A DNA stretch of 28,129 nucleotides from the NCBI GenBank assembly GCA_049599475.1, contig JBMYOQ010000059.1, forward strand, positions 1 to 28,129. Reading direction: 5' to 3'. The DNA comes from Opitutales bacterium. GTDB lineage: Bacteria > Verrucomicrobiota > Verrucomicrobiia > Opitutales > JABSRG01. Below the pieces are notes generated by a model. The model was not told the origin of the DNA. It saw only the letters and a list, made by a program, of their open reading frames with translations, and ran no database searches. Shown piece by piece: positions 1 to 7,712 of this stretch (position 1 is its first letter; every line of letters starts with the position of its first letter). Position numbers and translations under genes: made by a program.

Positions 1-156
1 GCTGATTTCTCATAGGGGTATATCCTACAAGCAGCCGATCTCCGAGCGGCTGAACACTGCCTTTGACTGTCTCAGAACTCTGATAAAATTCTATTTAGGT
101 CGACTTCGTTAATTGGTTGGGAATGACAATCTGGAGTTGAGCAAGCCTATTAGAGA

Positions 157-236
157 AACCACGAATGAACACGGATTCACACGAATTCTCCATACGACGG
201 CGCTGCATTCGTGTTTATTCGTGCTCATTAGTGGTT
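157..236. repeat. Inverted pair of ~10-bp-periodic ACACGAAT-type repeats (157-186 / 207-236)
   Basis: aaccacgaatgaacacggattcacacgaat matches the reverse complement of attcgtgtttattcgtgctcattagtggtt at 25/30. Confidence 0.75.
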
Positions 237-274
237 AAAAGGAAGTTGATTATCGATTTAACAAAGTAGAATTA

Positions 275-371
275 GGTGGCGCGCGCTCACCGAGCGAGCA
301 TGACTCGGCCTTAGCCGCGCTAGTCGTTTGGGCTAACGCGCTCATGCCGGCTACGGTGATCCGGCGCCACC
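275..371. repeat. GC-rich REP-doublet-like palindrome
   Basis: ggtggcgc (275-282) pairs with gcgccacc (364-371). Inner arms tcaccgagcgagcatga / tcatgccggctacggtga also pair. It begins with GTGG followed by a short hairpin. Confidence 0.55.
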
Positions 372-539
372 ATTTTTGAGAAAGCCTGTCCTCGCTTGAC
401 CACGCATTCGGCCCCATAATATCAAGAGTCCGTGTTCATTCGTGGTTCCCTTGATAAACTTGGTTAATTCCAAATTGTCATTCCGAACCAATCAACGTAC
501 ACATCATAAAACCCATCCCACACTCGCAAAGATTGCATT

Positions 540-572
540 AAAAAACCGGACCTTGTGGAGAGGTCCGGTTTT
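540..572. terminator. Rho-independent terminator, possibly bidirectional, downstream of the EF-hand gene
   Basis: aaaaccggacct-tgtggag-aggtccggtttt is a perfect 12-bp stem with A/T tracts on both sides, about 25 bp after the stop at 596. Confidence 0.85.
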
Positions 573-595
573 ATAGAAATCGTTAGAAGAATTGA

Positions 596-859
596 TTATT
601 CAGCTTTCTTCTTTTTTCCGCCTCCGAGTGCACGTTTGAGCTCTTTCATGTTCAATTGACCATCTTCGTCTTTGTCGGCGCGGTCAAAGCGTTTGGTAAC
701 GCGCTTATGTGGCTTAGCTTCGGCCTTGGAGAGGGTGCCGCTCTTGTCGGTGTCGAGCTCTGCCATTACTTGCTCGGGTGTTTCATCCGCAGCGAAAGCG
801 GGCGATACGAAGGAGAGGCTGACAATGGTGGTAATTGTGAGAAGGGATACTTTTTTCAT
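596..859 (-). CDS. Small secreted EF-hand (Ca-binding) protein
   Basis: Signal peptide ending AFA. Two EF-hand loops: DTDKSGTLSKAE and DKDEDGQLNMKE. Followed by a terminator. Confidence 0.85.
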   Translation of the reverse strand: MKKVSLLTITTIVSLSFVSPAFAADETPEQVMAELDTDKSGTLSKAEAKPHKRVTKRFDRADKDEDGQLNMKELKRALGGGKKKKAE

Positions 860-1053
860 AATTAATGTATCTCGTAGAATACCCCTGGGCTAGCGAGTGA
901 TCAATCCGGTGTTTGATCTCAATTGCAGGGTATTTGCTCTATATACAAAACCTGATGAACAAATTTGTTTTGCTCGTGAATTCGGTTGCAAGTCACTGAT
1001 AGAGCGGGTCTGTCAATTTTTCCGAATCGCGTGGGCTCGTTTTTGCCAAAATT

Positions 1054-1887
1054 TTATTGATCGAGCGCGCCACGAAGGTGTTCACCCATCCATTGATTGA
1101 TTTCCCAGAGATCGCCTACGGGTGTCTGGGTGAAAGGCGCAGCTTGAAGGTATCCATCTGGACCGAATTCGGGGGTCACTGTGAATGAGTCCCAGCCTTT
1201 CGCTATATGGGCTTGTTTTAGGGTCTGCCACCATCGAGTGTGCGCTGCCAGGGCTTCGGCATATTCAGGTGCGCCGGGGTGGGGCACTTGCGGGCCTTGT
1301 GCATAGCCCACTCGTGCATGAATATGGTGGCAGTGTTCCGCGAGTTGTTGGAGCAATTCAGGCTCCTCATTCATGATGAGTCTTTCCGTGACGACACACC
1401 AGTGGCTGAAGTCGCATGTGATTTTAATTCCAGCGAGTGCTTTCAGAATCTGGCGAGTCTGCCAGGGATTGAAGGTCGGCCGACTCCGGTGCGTCTCGAT
1501 GCTGATAACGATGCCGTGCTCAGATACGAGGCTCAGGATGTTTTCATAAAACGCGATAACGGTCGCGAGGGGCCAGCGGTCGGACCCGCACATCGTTGTA
1601 ATGAAACGTGGATACAAAGGAAGGGAGGCCTCGAGGCCTCTTTTGAAATCATCGAGGTGCTGGTCAGGGCTCCTGCCTGCGGCGGGAACGTAGTCGCCTC
1701 CTGTGACAATCTCTGCGATATATTGCAGATCGCTCGCCTTCAGGAGTGCCGCCCATTCCTGTTGGGCTGCTTTATCTTGTGGGGCAGGGCCTTCGATCCC
1801 TTGGAAGCGGGCCGCTTTGGCTTGTTGGCAGGCCTCCGAAAAGGAACCAGTGTGGCCCCATAAAGGTTTGAATAAATTTAGTTTCAT
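1054..1887 (-). CDS. Sugar phosphate isomerase/epimerase family (xylose isomerase-like TIM barrel) protein
   Basis: Motifs ETHR, CDFSHW, HIHARVG and TPEFGPDGY. Start reassigned to MKLNLFKPLWG (ATG at 1887), which overlaps the upstream stop as ATGA. Confidence 0.85.
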   Translation of the reverse strand: MKLNLFKPLWGHTGSFSEACQQAKAARFQGIEGPAPQDKAAQQEWAALLKASDLQYIAEIVTGGDYVPAAGRSPDQHLDDFKRGLEASLPLYPRFITTMCGSDRWPLATVIAFYENILSLVSEHGIVISIETHRSRPTFNPWQTRQILKALAGIKITCDFSHWCVVTERLIMNEEPELLQQLAEHCHHIHARVGYAQGPQVPHPGAPEYAEALAAHTRWWQTLKQAHIAKGWDSFTVTPEFGPDGYLQAAPFTQTPVGDLWEINQWMGEHLRGALDQ

Positions 1888-2507
1888 GATGCGACGACAT
1901 CTGCCGCGATGCGGAAGCCTAGGTTGTCTCGTTGGGTTTCGGGGGCTATAGCGGCCCACCAGCTTGAGCGCAAGAGGCGAGGGAGGTAGTCCCAGGCTCC
2001 GCCGCGTATGATGCGCCCTGAAGCATGCGTGGAGGAGGTCCATTCACATACGTTGCCATGCATATCGTAGAGGCCGAACGCATTGGGCGGATAGCAACCA
2101 GCTTGACTGCGGCCGTTGGGGCCGACCTTTTCGGGCTCCTCAGAGAAGAGAAAATTTGCGTGTTCGGAGAGAAGATTGTCTCCGAAATAAAATACACTTT
2201 TCGTTCCGGCACGGCAGGCATACTCCCACTCCTCCGAGGTGAGTAAACGGCAGGTCTGAGACTCAGGGCCCTTTGCCGATTCCGCGAAGCGCACCGCATC
2301 GGCGTAATTTACGTCGACTTTCGGCAGGTCTGAATCGAGATCCGAAGTTTCAAAAGTTGCCCACTGCTTCTCGCTGATCGGGCTTTGTGAGACCCATAGG
2401 GCTTTTTCTAATGTGAGGGCAATAGGATCATTCGGCAGGCGAAAGCGGTCGGGTCTGTCCGGATCGAGGACGAGTGTGCCAGCCGGTATTTTAACCCATG
2501 AGATCAT
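1884..2507 (-). CDS. Formylglycine-generating enzyme (FGE-sulfatase) domain protein, probably without FGE activity
   Basis: Motifs RLLTSEEWEYACRAG, PNAFGLYDMHGNVCEW, RGGAW and LGFR. Start reassigned to MISWVKIP (ATGA overlap with the Rieske stop). Confidence 0.85.
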   Translation of the reverse strand: MISWVKIPAGTLVLDPDRPDRFRLPNDPIALTLEKALWVSQSPISEKQWATFETSDLDSDLPKVDVNYADAVRFAESAKGPESQTCRLLTSEEWEYACRAGTKSVFYFGDNLLSEHANFLFSEEPEKVGPNGRSQAGCYPPNAFGLYDMHGNVCEWTSSTHASGRIIRGGAWDYLPRLLRSSWWAAIAPETQRDNLGFRIAADVVAS

Positions 2508-3862
2508 GCTCCAGTAGGTTGTTGAGAAGCCGCGGGAGGACGGTCCATCGTCGGCCATGTTCCGCGAATACGTGCCGCCAGATAGCGCTGTATGAGCCAG
2601 ACTGGCATTTCCAAATGGCTGAGGCGCCCCTGTTTGTAGGCGCCTGACTGCATGCTGCGATGGACCGCGGTGACTACCTCGACATCCTCTAGGTGGAATT
2701 TTATGGCGTCGGCCTCGGCGGCCGCGCGCATTTTCTCATAGTCGGGATGCTCAAGGGTCGACTGTGGGGCGAGCAGTGTAGTTAAAATCTTGAGTCGATT
2801 CGGCCCCTGAGGCTCTAGGCGGTACCACACTGCCATCTCGGGAGAGACGACGAAAGCAAATGTAGGGAATCCCCAATACAGGCCCCACTCAAAGCGATCT
2901 TCGCCTTCAAGGCCTTCTACCTGTGGCAGGACGTAGCCTGTCCCGCCCGCTGCGATGTCTGCATCGATTTGCTCGCGAGCCTTGGGTTTCCAAGGAAGGT
3001 GGCATCGTATGAAGTGCGCTTTCTCCTCCTCTGTCCACGTGTTCCGTGCGGGCATCAGGGCTTGGAGTGTTTTGAGATGCGCTCCAGCGTGGTGATAACT
3101 CTCAATGAAATTCTCGGCGAGCTCTTTCCAGTTGAAGGGGCAGTCCCACTCCTTCACCGAAATCATCTTCATCTCCGAAAGATTCCACTTTTTCACGTGA
3201 GCATCCATTTCGGCATATTGTTCAGATATGGATTTTGGGGCCTCGCCGTCGAGGTTTACAAAAATAAAGCCGTTCCAGATCTCGGAGTGATAGGTGTGGA
3301 GCTTATGGTCCGAGCGCTCGAATCCCTCTGCCTGCCGCATTTCTGGGCAGCCCATCAATGAGCCGTCGAGTTCAAAAGTCCATGAATGATAGGGACACAG
3401 GAGAAGGCGCGCCTTCCCGCAACCCGTTCCACCCGCTTCGCGCTTTTCCGCGATATTATGACCATCGTATCCAAAATTTGGAGGCATGATATCCATGCCG
3501 CGATGGGGGCACACCCGCGACATCACTCGCACATCGCCCGATTTGTCACGAATCACAATCAAAGGCTCCCCAAGGAGGTCCAGGTTAATAAAATCTCCAG
3601 CCTCCGGGATCTGTGAGATATGTCCGACCGCCAACCATTCGGCCTTAAAGACATGTTCCACCTCCCAATTATAAAACGCTTCACTCGTATAAGCAGAAGC
3701 CGGCAAAGTCTGCGCTCGGCTCAAAGGCAAATCAGCACACTCCGTAACCTTCTTCTGAATGTCATCAAGCATCTCAAGAGAAGCCCCCGGCCCCCCGGCC
3801 CGAGCTTGAGCTAATTGCGCATCACATGCATCACGGATCTCTTGCTCTGTATGATTCAGCAT
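2504..3862 (-). CDS. Rieske non-heme iron oxygenase alpha subunit (ring-hydroxylating / choline monooxygenase-like)
   Basis: Rieske ligands CPH...CPYH. Mononuclear Fe motif NWK..ENFIESYHHAGAH and a downstream ED. Confidence 0.92.
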   Translation of the reverse strand: MLNHTEQEIRDACDAQLAQARAGGPGASLEMLDDIQKKVTECADLPLSRAQTLPASAYTSEAFYNWEVEHVFKAEWLAVGHISQIPEAGDFINLDLLGEPLIVIRDKSGDVRVMSRVCPHRGMDIMPPNFGYDGHNIAEKREAGGTGCGKARLLLCPYHSWTFELDGSLMGCPEMRQAEGFERSDHKLHTYHSEIWNGFIFVNLDGEAPKSISEQYAEMDAHVKKWNLSEMKMISVKEWDCPFNWKELAENFIESYHHAGAHLKTLQALMPARNTWTEEEKAHFIRCHLPWKPKAREQIDADIAAGGTGYVLPQVEGLEGEDRFEWGLYWGFPTFAFVVSPEMAVWYRLEPQGPNRLKILTTLLAPQSTLEHPDYEKMRAAAEADAIKFHLEDVEVVTAVHRSMQSGAYKQGRLSHLEMPVWLIQRYLAARIRGTWPTMDRPPAASQQPTGA

Positions 3863-3903
3863 AATTTAAAAGTGTTACGATTTTTGGAATTCGTAATAAT
3901 TAG

Positions 3904-3919
3904 AGCAATTGAGATGCCC
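3904..3919 (-). promoter_or_regulatory. Putative sigma54 (-24/-12) promoter for the Rieske operon
   Basis: The minus strand reads GGGCATCTCAATTGCT, i.e. GG-N10-GC with GGCA and TTGC, about 40 bp upstream of the ATG at 3862. Confidence 0.65.
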
Positions 3920-4294
3920 GTTTAAACGAAATTTCCCACCAACACGTTGCTCCGGCGTCACGACTTAAAAAACAAGCGATCCCATAACCCAACCCCAACA
4001 CAACCTCTCCATCCCACAACAAAAAAAATCTGCGTCCATCCCAACAATCTGCGGACCCTAACTCCCGCATCCTTCCAGCCTGCGTCTACACACAACCCCA
4101 AATCCCCAGTTTAGAATAAACCCGGAACCTAAACGAAAGAGCACCCAAGTCACCGCTCAGTATTCCCTGAAAACGAGAATTAATTATTATTAAAGGCAAA
4201 ACGCATAAAAATTCACTTAATTCTTTAAACATTTTCTTTACACGGGCGGTCTTAGGCGCGAATCATGTTTGGTACCCCTCACTTAGTTAGTAAC

Positions 4295-4468
4295 ATGGAT
4301 AAAATGCTCTCCGTTTCCTCCCTGATTTTTCTCCTGTCCGCAATTCCGCTCGCTGCCAGCGAGCCCAGCAGTGGTACCCTCATCATGCTCGGCTCTGCCG
4401 GAGGCTGGGTTGCATTGTCTTCCGTGTTCTTGTGTCTGAAGCGACGTAAGAAGCCGGAGCCGAAATAA
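4295..4468 (+). CDS. Small membrane peptide with a PEP-CTERM-like sorting signal
   Basis: Hydrophobic N-terminus ending PLAA, then SEPSS, a Gly-rich hydrophobic segment and KRRKK. It ends 22 bp before the next gene. Start uncertain (4265, 4295 or 4304). Confidence 0.5.
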   Translation: MDKMLSVSSLIFLLSAIPLAASEPSSGTLIMLGSAGGWVALSSVFLCLKRRKKPEPK

Positions 4469-4490
4469 TTTCTTTCCAAAAGGCTGTGCT

Positions 4491-6440
4491 ATGAAATCTA
4501 TGTTACCTTTAATATTCGCTGCATCTCTGAGTGTGAATGCCGCCGAGTTCCCGTATGTCACTGATTTTGAGACAAATGAGGGGTTCACGCCGGGTTTGCT
4601 CTCATCGGATCCTGATTGGCTCTTTGATGCTGCGACACTTAGTGTATCTGTGATCGATACGGATTCGATTTCGGGGCAGCAATCTCTGTCATTGACGGGT
4701 ACCACACCCTTCACACTCAACCCGACAGATTCCTTTGCGGATCAGGTGCGCTGGGTTGATTTCTATGTAAAACCGGTCTTCGCCGACGACACTCCCGCGA
4801 CCATTGATACCTTGCAGTCCGCGGTTACCGCATTCGTAAAAAGTGGAGCGACTGGCACAGTCTATATGCTCGATGGGGACGATGAGCCAAACGGCGCTTG
4901 GGTATCAGCCACCCCGCCAATCCCGCTCACCGGGGATGTCTCGGCAAATTGGATCCGTCTTACCTATCGCCTTGATTACGCATCCAAGACCTGGGGCCTC
5001 TTTATCGACAAGCAGCTCGAAGCCACGAGTCTTGGTTTTTGGGATGATACGTTTTCCACGCTCAGTGATTTCAAACTACAGGCCGACGACACAACTCCCA
5101 CGGGCCTCGACTATTTTTACGCGGGTGACACCAACCCTCTCTACAGTGAGCACCGCCCATATTTCTATGCGGGCCGCGCCACAGGGGTGTCGAGCGATTT
5201 GTGGACAGAGATAGCTCTGCCTCGTCCTTACAAGAACCCGGTAGTCATAACCACGCCGATCTATGATCAGTCCAGTGACGATCCGGCAGTAGTGCGCCTT
5301 CAAGGGGTCAAACCTGGAGCCGCTCATTTTGAATTACGTGTTCAAAATCCGCCTCACTATTCAACTGGAGAGGCGACTCTCTCTGGCTACGAAGTGGAGT
5401 ATCTTGTGGTTGAAGCGGGTGTCTACACTCAAGAGATTCATGGAATCGATATGGAAGTCGGCACACTGCAGTCTGCGACGATCAACGCGAAGGGGGCATG
5501 GAGTGGGACTGCAGAATTATTTCTCAATGCGGAAATCTCGAACCCCCGAGTCCTAGGGCAGGTGATGACGTCGAATGATCCTGCGTGGTCGACCTTTTGG
5601 TCAAATGGAGGGAGTCAGACAAGTGTTCCTGGGAACCAAATTTTTGTTGGGATGCACTCCGGTGGGGAAGAGGGGAGAACGCACATTCCCGAGACCTTAG
5701 GCTACGTGATTTTCGAAGCGACCTCGGGTGTTGTGGAAGGCCGTGAATTCCTCTCCGACATCACCAGCGACACAATTACTCATACGCCTCAGTCCTTGAG
5801 TCTTCCGGTGGAAACAATTTCTACGCTCGCGAACCTGGTGGCCACGCAGGCTGCGATGGACGGCGGAGACGGTAGTTGGATGGTAATCGATAAGCCCGAC
5901 GAATTGGGGACGAATGCCTTCACCTTGGTCACAGACGAAGATCAATTCGCGGATTCCGAGCGGAGTCACACCTCCGAACAAGCCGTATACCTTGCTTGGG
6001 GTGTAGACCTATCTACGGACAGTAACACCGACGGTTTACCCGATTGGTGGCAACAATGGTATGTCGACGTAAATCCCTTTGATACCATTACAAGTATTGG
6101 CCAAGTCACGACACTCACCGACGCCGATGGCGACGGCGTCGCCGACTACACAGAAGACACCGTAGAAGGTACAGATTTTACCAACCCTTACGACAATAGC
6201 CTCTCTGGCCGCATCGTATATATAGACGCCTCAGCGGGCGACGACCTAAACACCGGCCGCGCTCCCATCCAGCTCGATACCTACACCGGCCCCAAGCAAA
6301 CCCTTTCCGCGGGTCTAGAAACTGTCGAAGACTCCGAGACCCTAGAAATCGCCACGGGCTCCTACACCGGAACAACCACGCTCCTCCCCGCAGGCAAAAA
6401 CCTCACCATCCGCCCCTCCGGCCCAGTCACGATTCAATAA
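4491..6440 (+). CDS. Secreted acidic multidomain protein (beta-sandwich, H-type-lectin-like repeats, DxDxDG Ca-binding repeats)
   Basis: 649-aa ORF with a signal peptide ending VNA. Contains repeated P-V-V...F.LRVQ...E.(V/L).Y.V.E.G modules, DSNTDGLPDWW / DADGDGVADYTE, and a C-terminal VYIDASAGDD..TG...P..T motif. Confidence 0.75.
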   Translation: MKSMLPLIFAASLSVNAAEFPYVTDFETNEGFTPGLLSSDPDWLFDAATLSVSVIDTDSISGQQSLSLTGTTPFTLNPTDSFADQVRWVDFYVKPVFADDTPATIDTLQSAVTAFVKSGATGTVYMLDGDDEPNGAWVSATPPIPLTGDVSANWIRLTYRLDYASKTWGLFIDKQLEATSLGFWDDTFSTLSDFKLQADDTTPTGLDYFYAGDTNPLYSEHRPYFYAGRATGVSSDLWTEIALPRPYKNPVVITTPIYDQSSDDPAVVRLQGVKPGAAHFELRVQNPPHYSTGEATLSGYEVEYLVVEAGVYTQEIHGIDMEVGTLQSATINAKGAWSGTAELFLNAEISNPRVLGQVMTSNDPAWSTFWSNGGSQTSVPGNQIFVGMHSGGEEGRTHIPETLGYVIFEATSGVVEGREFLSDITSDTITHTPQSLSLPVETISTLANLVATQAAMDGGDGSWMVIDKPDELGTNAFTLVTDEDQFADSERSHTSEQAVYLAWGVDLSTDSNTDGLPDWWQQWYVDVNPFDTITSIGQVTTLTDADGDGVADYTEDTVEGTDFTNPYDNSLSGRIVYIDASAGDDLNTGRAPIQLDTYTGPKQTLSAGLETVEDSETLEIATGSYTGTTTLLPAGKNLTIRPSGPVTIQ

Positions 6441-6444
6441 AAAT

Positions 6445-6468
6445 GTAGGGGCTTTGCTCTCAAAGCCC
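6445..6468 (+). repeat. GTAG-type REP-like palindrome
   Basis: GTAG followed directly by gggctttg-ctct-caaagccc (perfect 8-bp stem). There is no T-tract. Confidence 0.6.
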
Positions 6469-6499
6469 GCCTAACCACCCATTTCAACCAAGCACCTAG

Positions 6500-6560
6500 T
6501 CTCGCCACAGCTTTAGCGGCGGCGGACCAATCTCGCCACAGCACTCGCGACGGCGGACCA
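6500..6560. repeat. Two tandem 30-bp GC-rich hairpin-like repeats
   Basis: tctcgccacagctttagcggcggcggacca and tctcgccacagcactcgcgacggcggacca are 26/30 identical, with period 31. Confidence 0.75.
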
Positions 6561-6585
6561 CGCCCATAATTTCTCCGAGCGATTA

Positions 6586-6620
6586 TTCATCCTTCATCCT
6601 TCATCCCTCAACCTTCATCC
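6586..6620. repeat. Heptamer tandem repeat (TTCATCC)x5, one unit degenerate
   Basis: ttcatcc ttcatcc ttcatcc ctcaacc ttcatcc, ending 10 bp before the ATG at 6631. Confidence 0.85.
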
Positions 6621-6630
6621 TTTAAAATCC

Positions 6631-7668
6631 ATGAAAACCAAAATCCTGATACACACGTTCCTAGCACTCCTAACACTCAATATAGCTCTGTCCGAGACAT
6701 TGACAGTCGACGGTGATTTGGAGGTGACTGGCTCTGCAAAAGTTCCGAATGTTGAGCTCACTGATGCTGAGATTATTGTGGGAACACCCTCGCAAGCAGG
6801 ACGGCTAGTTTTGGGTGGGCCGAATCAAAACCAAAAGGCAGGCTCGATTCTTTTCGAAGATAACACATTTCAGCCCAATGCTGCGGGGGTTTCAATCTCT
6901 TGGAACTCGGATAAAAATAATCTGGAGTTTATAGATCACTGGGATGGAGGAAGCTCTGTTGATCGGACGATCATGGTCCTGGACCGAGATAGTGGTCGGT
7001 TGGGCATTGGGACTGCAGATCCCACGAAAAAACTCGACGTCGACGGAGAAACATTACTGCGAGATCGCGTTCAGCTTCTGACAGGCGCTAATAGTATGCT
7101 ACTTGCGCCCGCCGGCAACAATCGATTCTATTTTGCTCCCAGGAAGGCCGACGACACTAATTGGGCGTGGGATGAAGAGTTTGGTTTTAACTCTGAGACA
7201 CGGGCTTGGGCTTTTGATACTGCACTTGGCGTGGGGACGGTTGATCCTGACGCTAAATTGCATGTAGTTGGAGATTCTATACTTCAAGGCTGGCTGGGTG
7301 TCGGAACTACTACACCAAAGAAGACGTTTCACGTCACGGGAGATTCATATTTTAAAGGACACGTCTTCCTGCATGCGTTTGAGGGAGACGGGAATAGCGG
7401 AACAGCCTATCTCCAGGCTCGAGATGATTCGGGCTCTTCTGATATCGGCTTACAAATTAGGACCCAGAAAGACGGGGTTGTTGAGAGGGCGATTCACATC
7501 GTGCCCGAGGGAGATGTCGGAATTGGAACTTACTCTCCTTCAGCAAAACTCGACGTCGCGGGCAATGTACAAGTAGATGGTGATAGCACCGTCGAAGGCA
7601 ATATGACCGTAAATGGCGCCATCATCATCACCAACCCAGCCGGTGACATTCCGATGTTTGGCCAATAG
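6631..7668 (+). CDS. Secreted fibre-like protein with GIGT/GVGT-x-x-P-x-x-KL-x-V-x-G repeats
   Basis: Signal peptide. Four repeats: GIGTADPTKKLDVDG, GVGTVDPDAKLHVVG, GVGTTTPKKTFHVTG, GIGTYSPSAKLDVAG. Ends PAGDIPMFGQ. Confidence 0.75.
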   Translation: MKTKILIHTFLALLTLNIALSETLTVDGDLEVTGSAKVPNVELTDAEIIVGTPSQAGRLVLGGPNQNQKAGSILFEDNTFQPNAAGVSISWNSDKNNLEFIDHWDGGSSVDRTIMVLDRDSGRLGIGTADPTKKLDVDGETLLRDRVQLLTGANSMLLAPAGNNRFYFAPRKADDTNWAWDEEFGFNSETRAWAFDTALGVGTVDPDAKLHVVGDSILQGWLGVGTTTPKKTFHVTGDSYFKGHVFLHAFEGDGNSGTAYLQARDDSGSSDIGLQIRTQKDGVVERAIHIVPEGDVGIGTYSPSAKLDVAGNVQVDGDSTVEGNMTVNGAIIITNPAGDIPMFGQ

Positions 7669-7712
7669 GCGCTCACTCTTCAGTTTTCAGGCTACTCGAA
7701 TCGTCTTTCCTT

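Larger units (their letters stand above)
107..497. repeat. MITE/REPIN-like element bounded by 69-bp imperfect inverted repeats (107-175 and 429-497)
   Basis: Manual alignment of 107-175 with the reverse complement of 429-497 gives 57/69 identity with no gaps. There is no ORF inside. Confidence 0.75.

Noticed and set aside
65..386. gactgtctcagaa / ttttgagaaagcc as IS terminal inverted repeats
   Set aside because: Only 10/13 match, no target-site duplication, and it would interleave with the stronger 69-bp repeat pair.
897..1100. 67-aa plus-strand ORF
   Set aside because: No recognisable motif, non-ATG start, overlaps the end of the TIM-barrel gene, and lies in the upstream region of the EF-hand gene.
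1888..2043. N-terminal extension of the 329-aa ORF (similarly 2508-2558 and 21507-21617)
   Set aside because: The extensions overlap the upstream genes out of frame. Internal ATGs give clean ATGA coupling and family-typical N-termini.
3975..4110. C/A-rich intergenic tract with atctgcg / atccca repeats as an ncRNA
   Set aside because: Only short degenerate repeats with no convincing stem structure. Probably a decayed repeat.
6500..6560. Possible mini-CRISPR array
   Set aside because: Only two units separated by 1 bp, with no spacers and no cas genes.
6631..7668. Prophage remnant, suggested by the tail-fibre-like repeats
   Set aside because: The protein has a Sec signal peptide and there are no other phage genes nearby.
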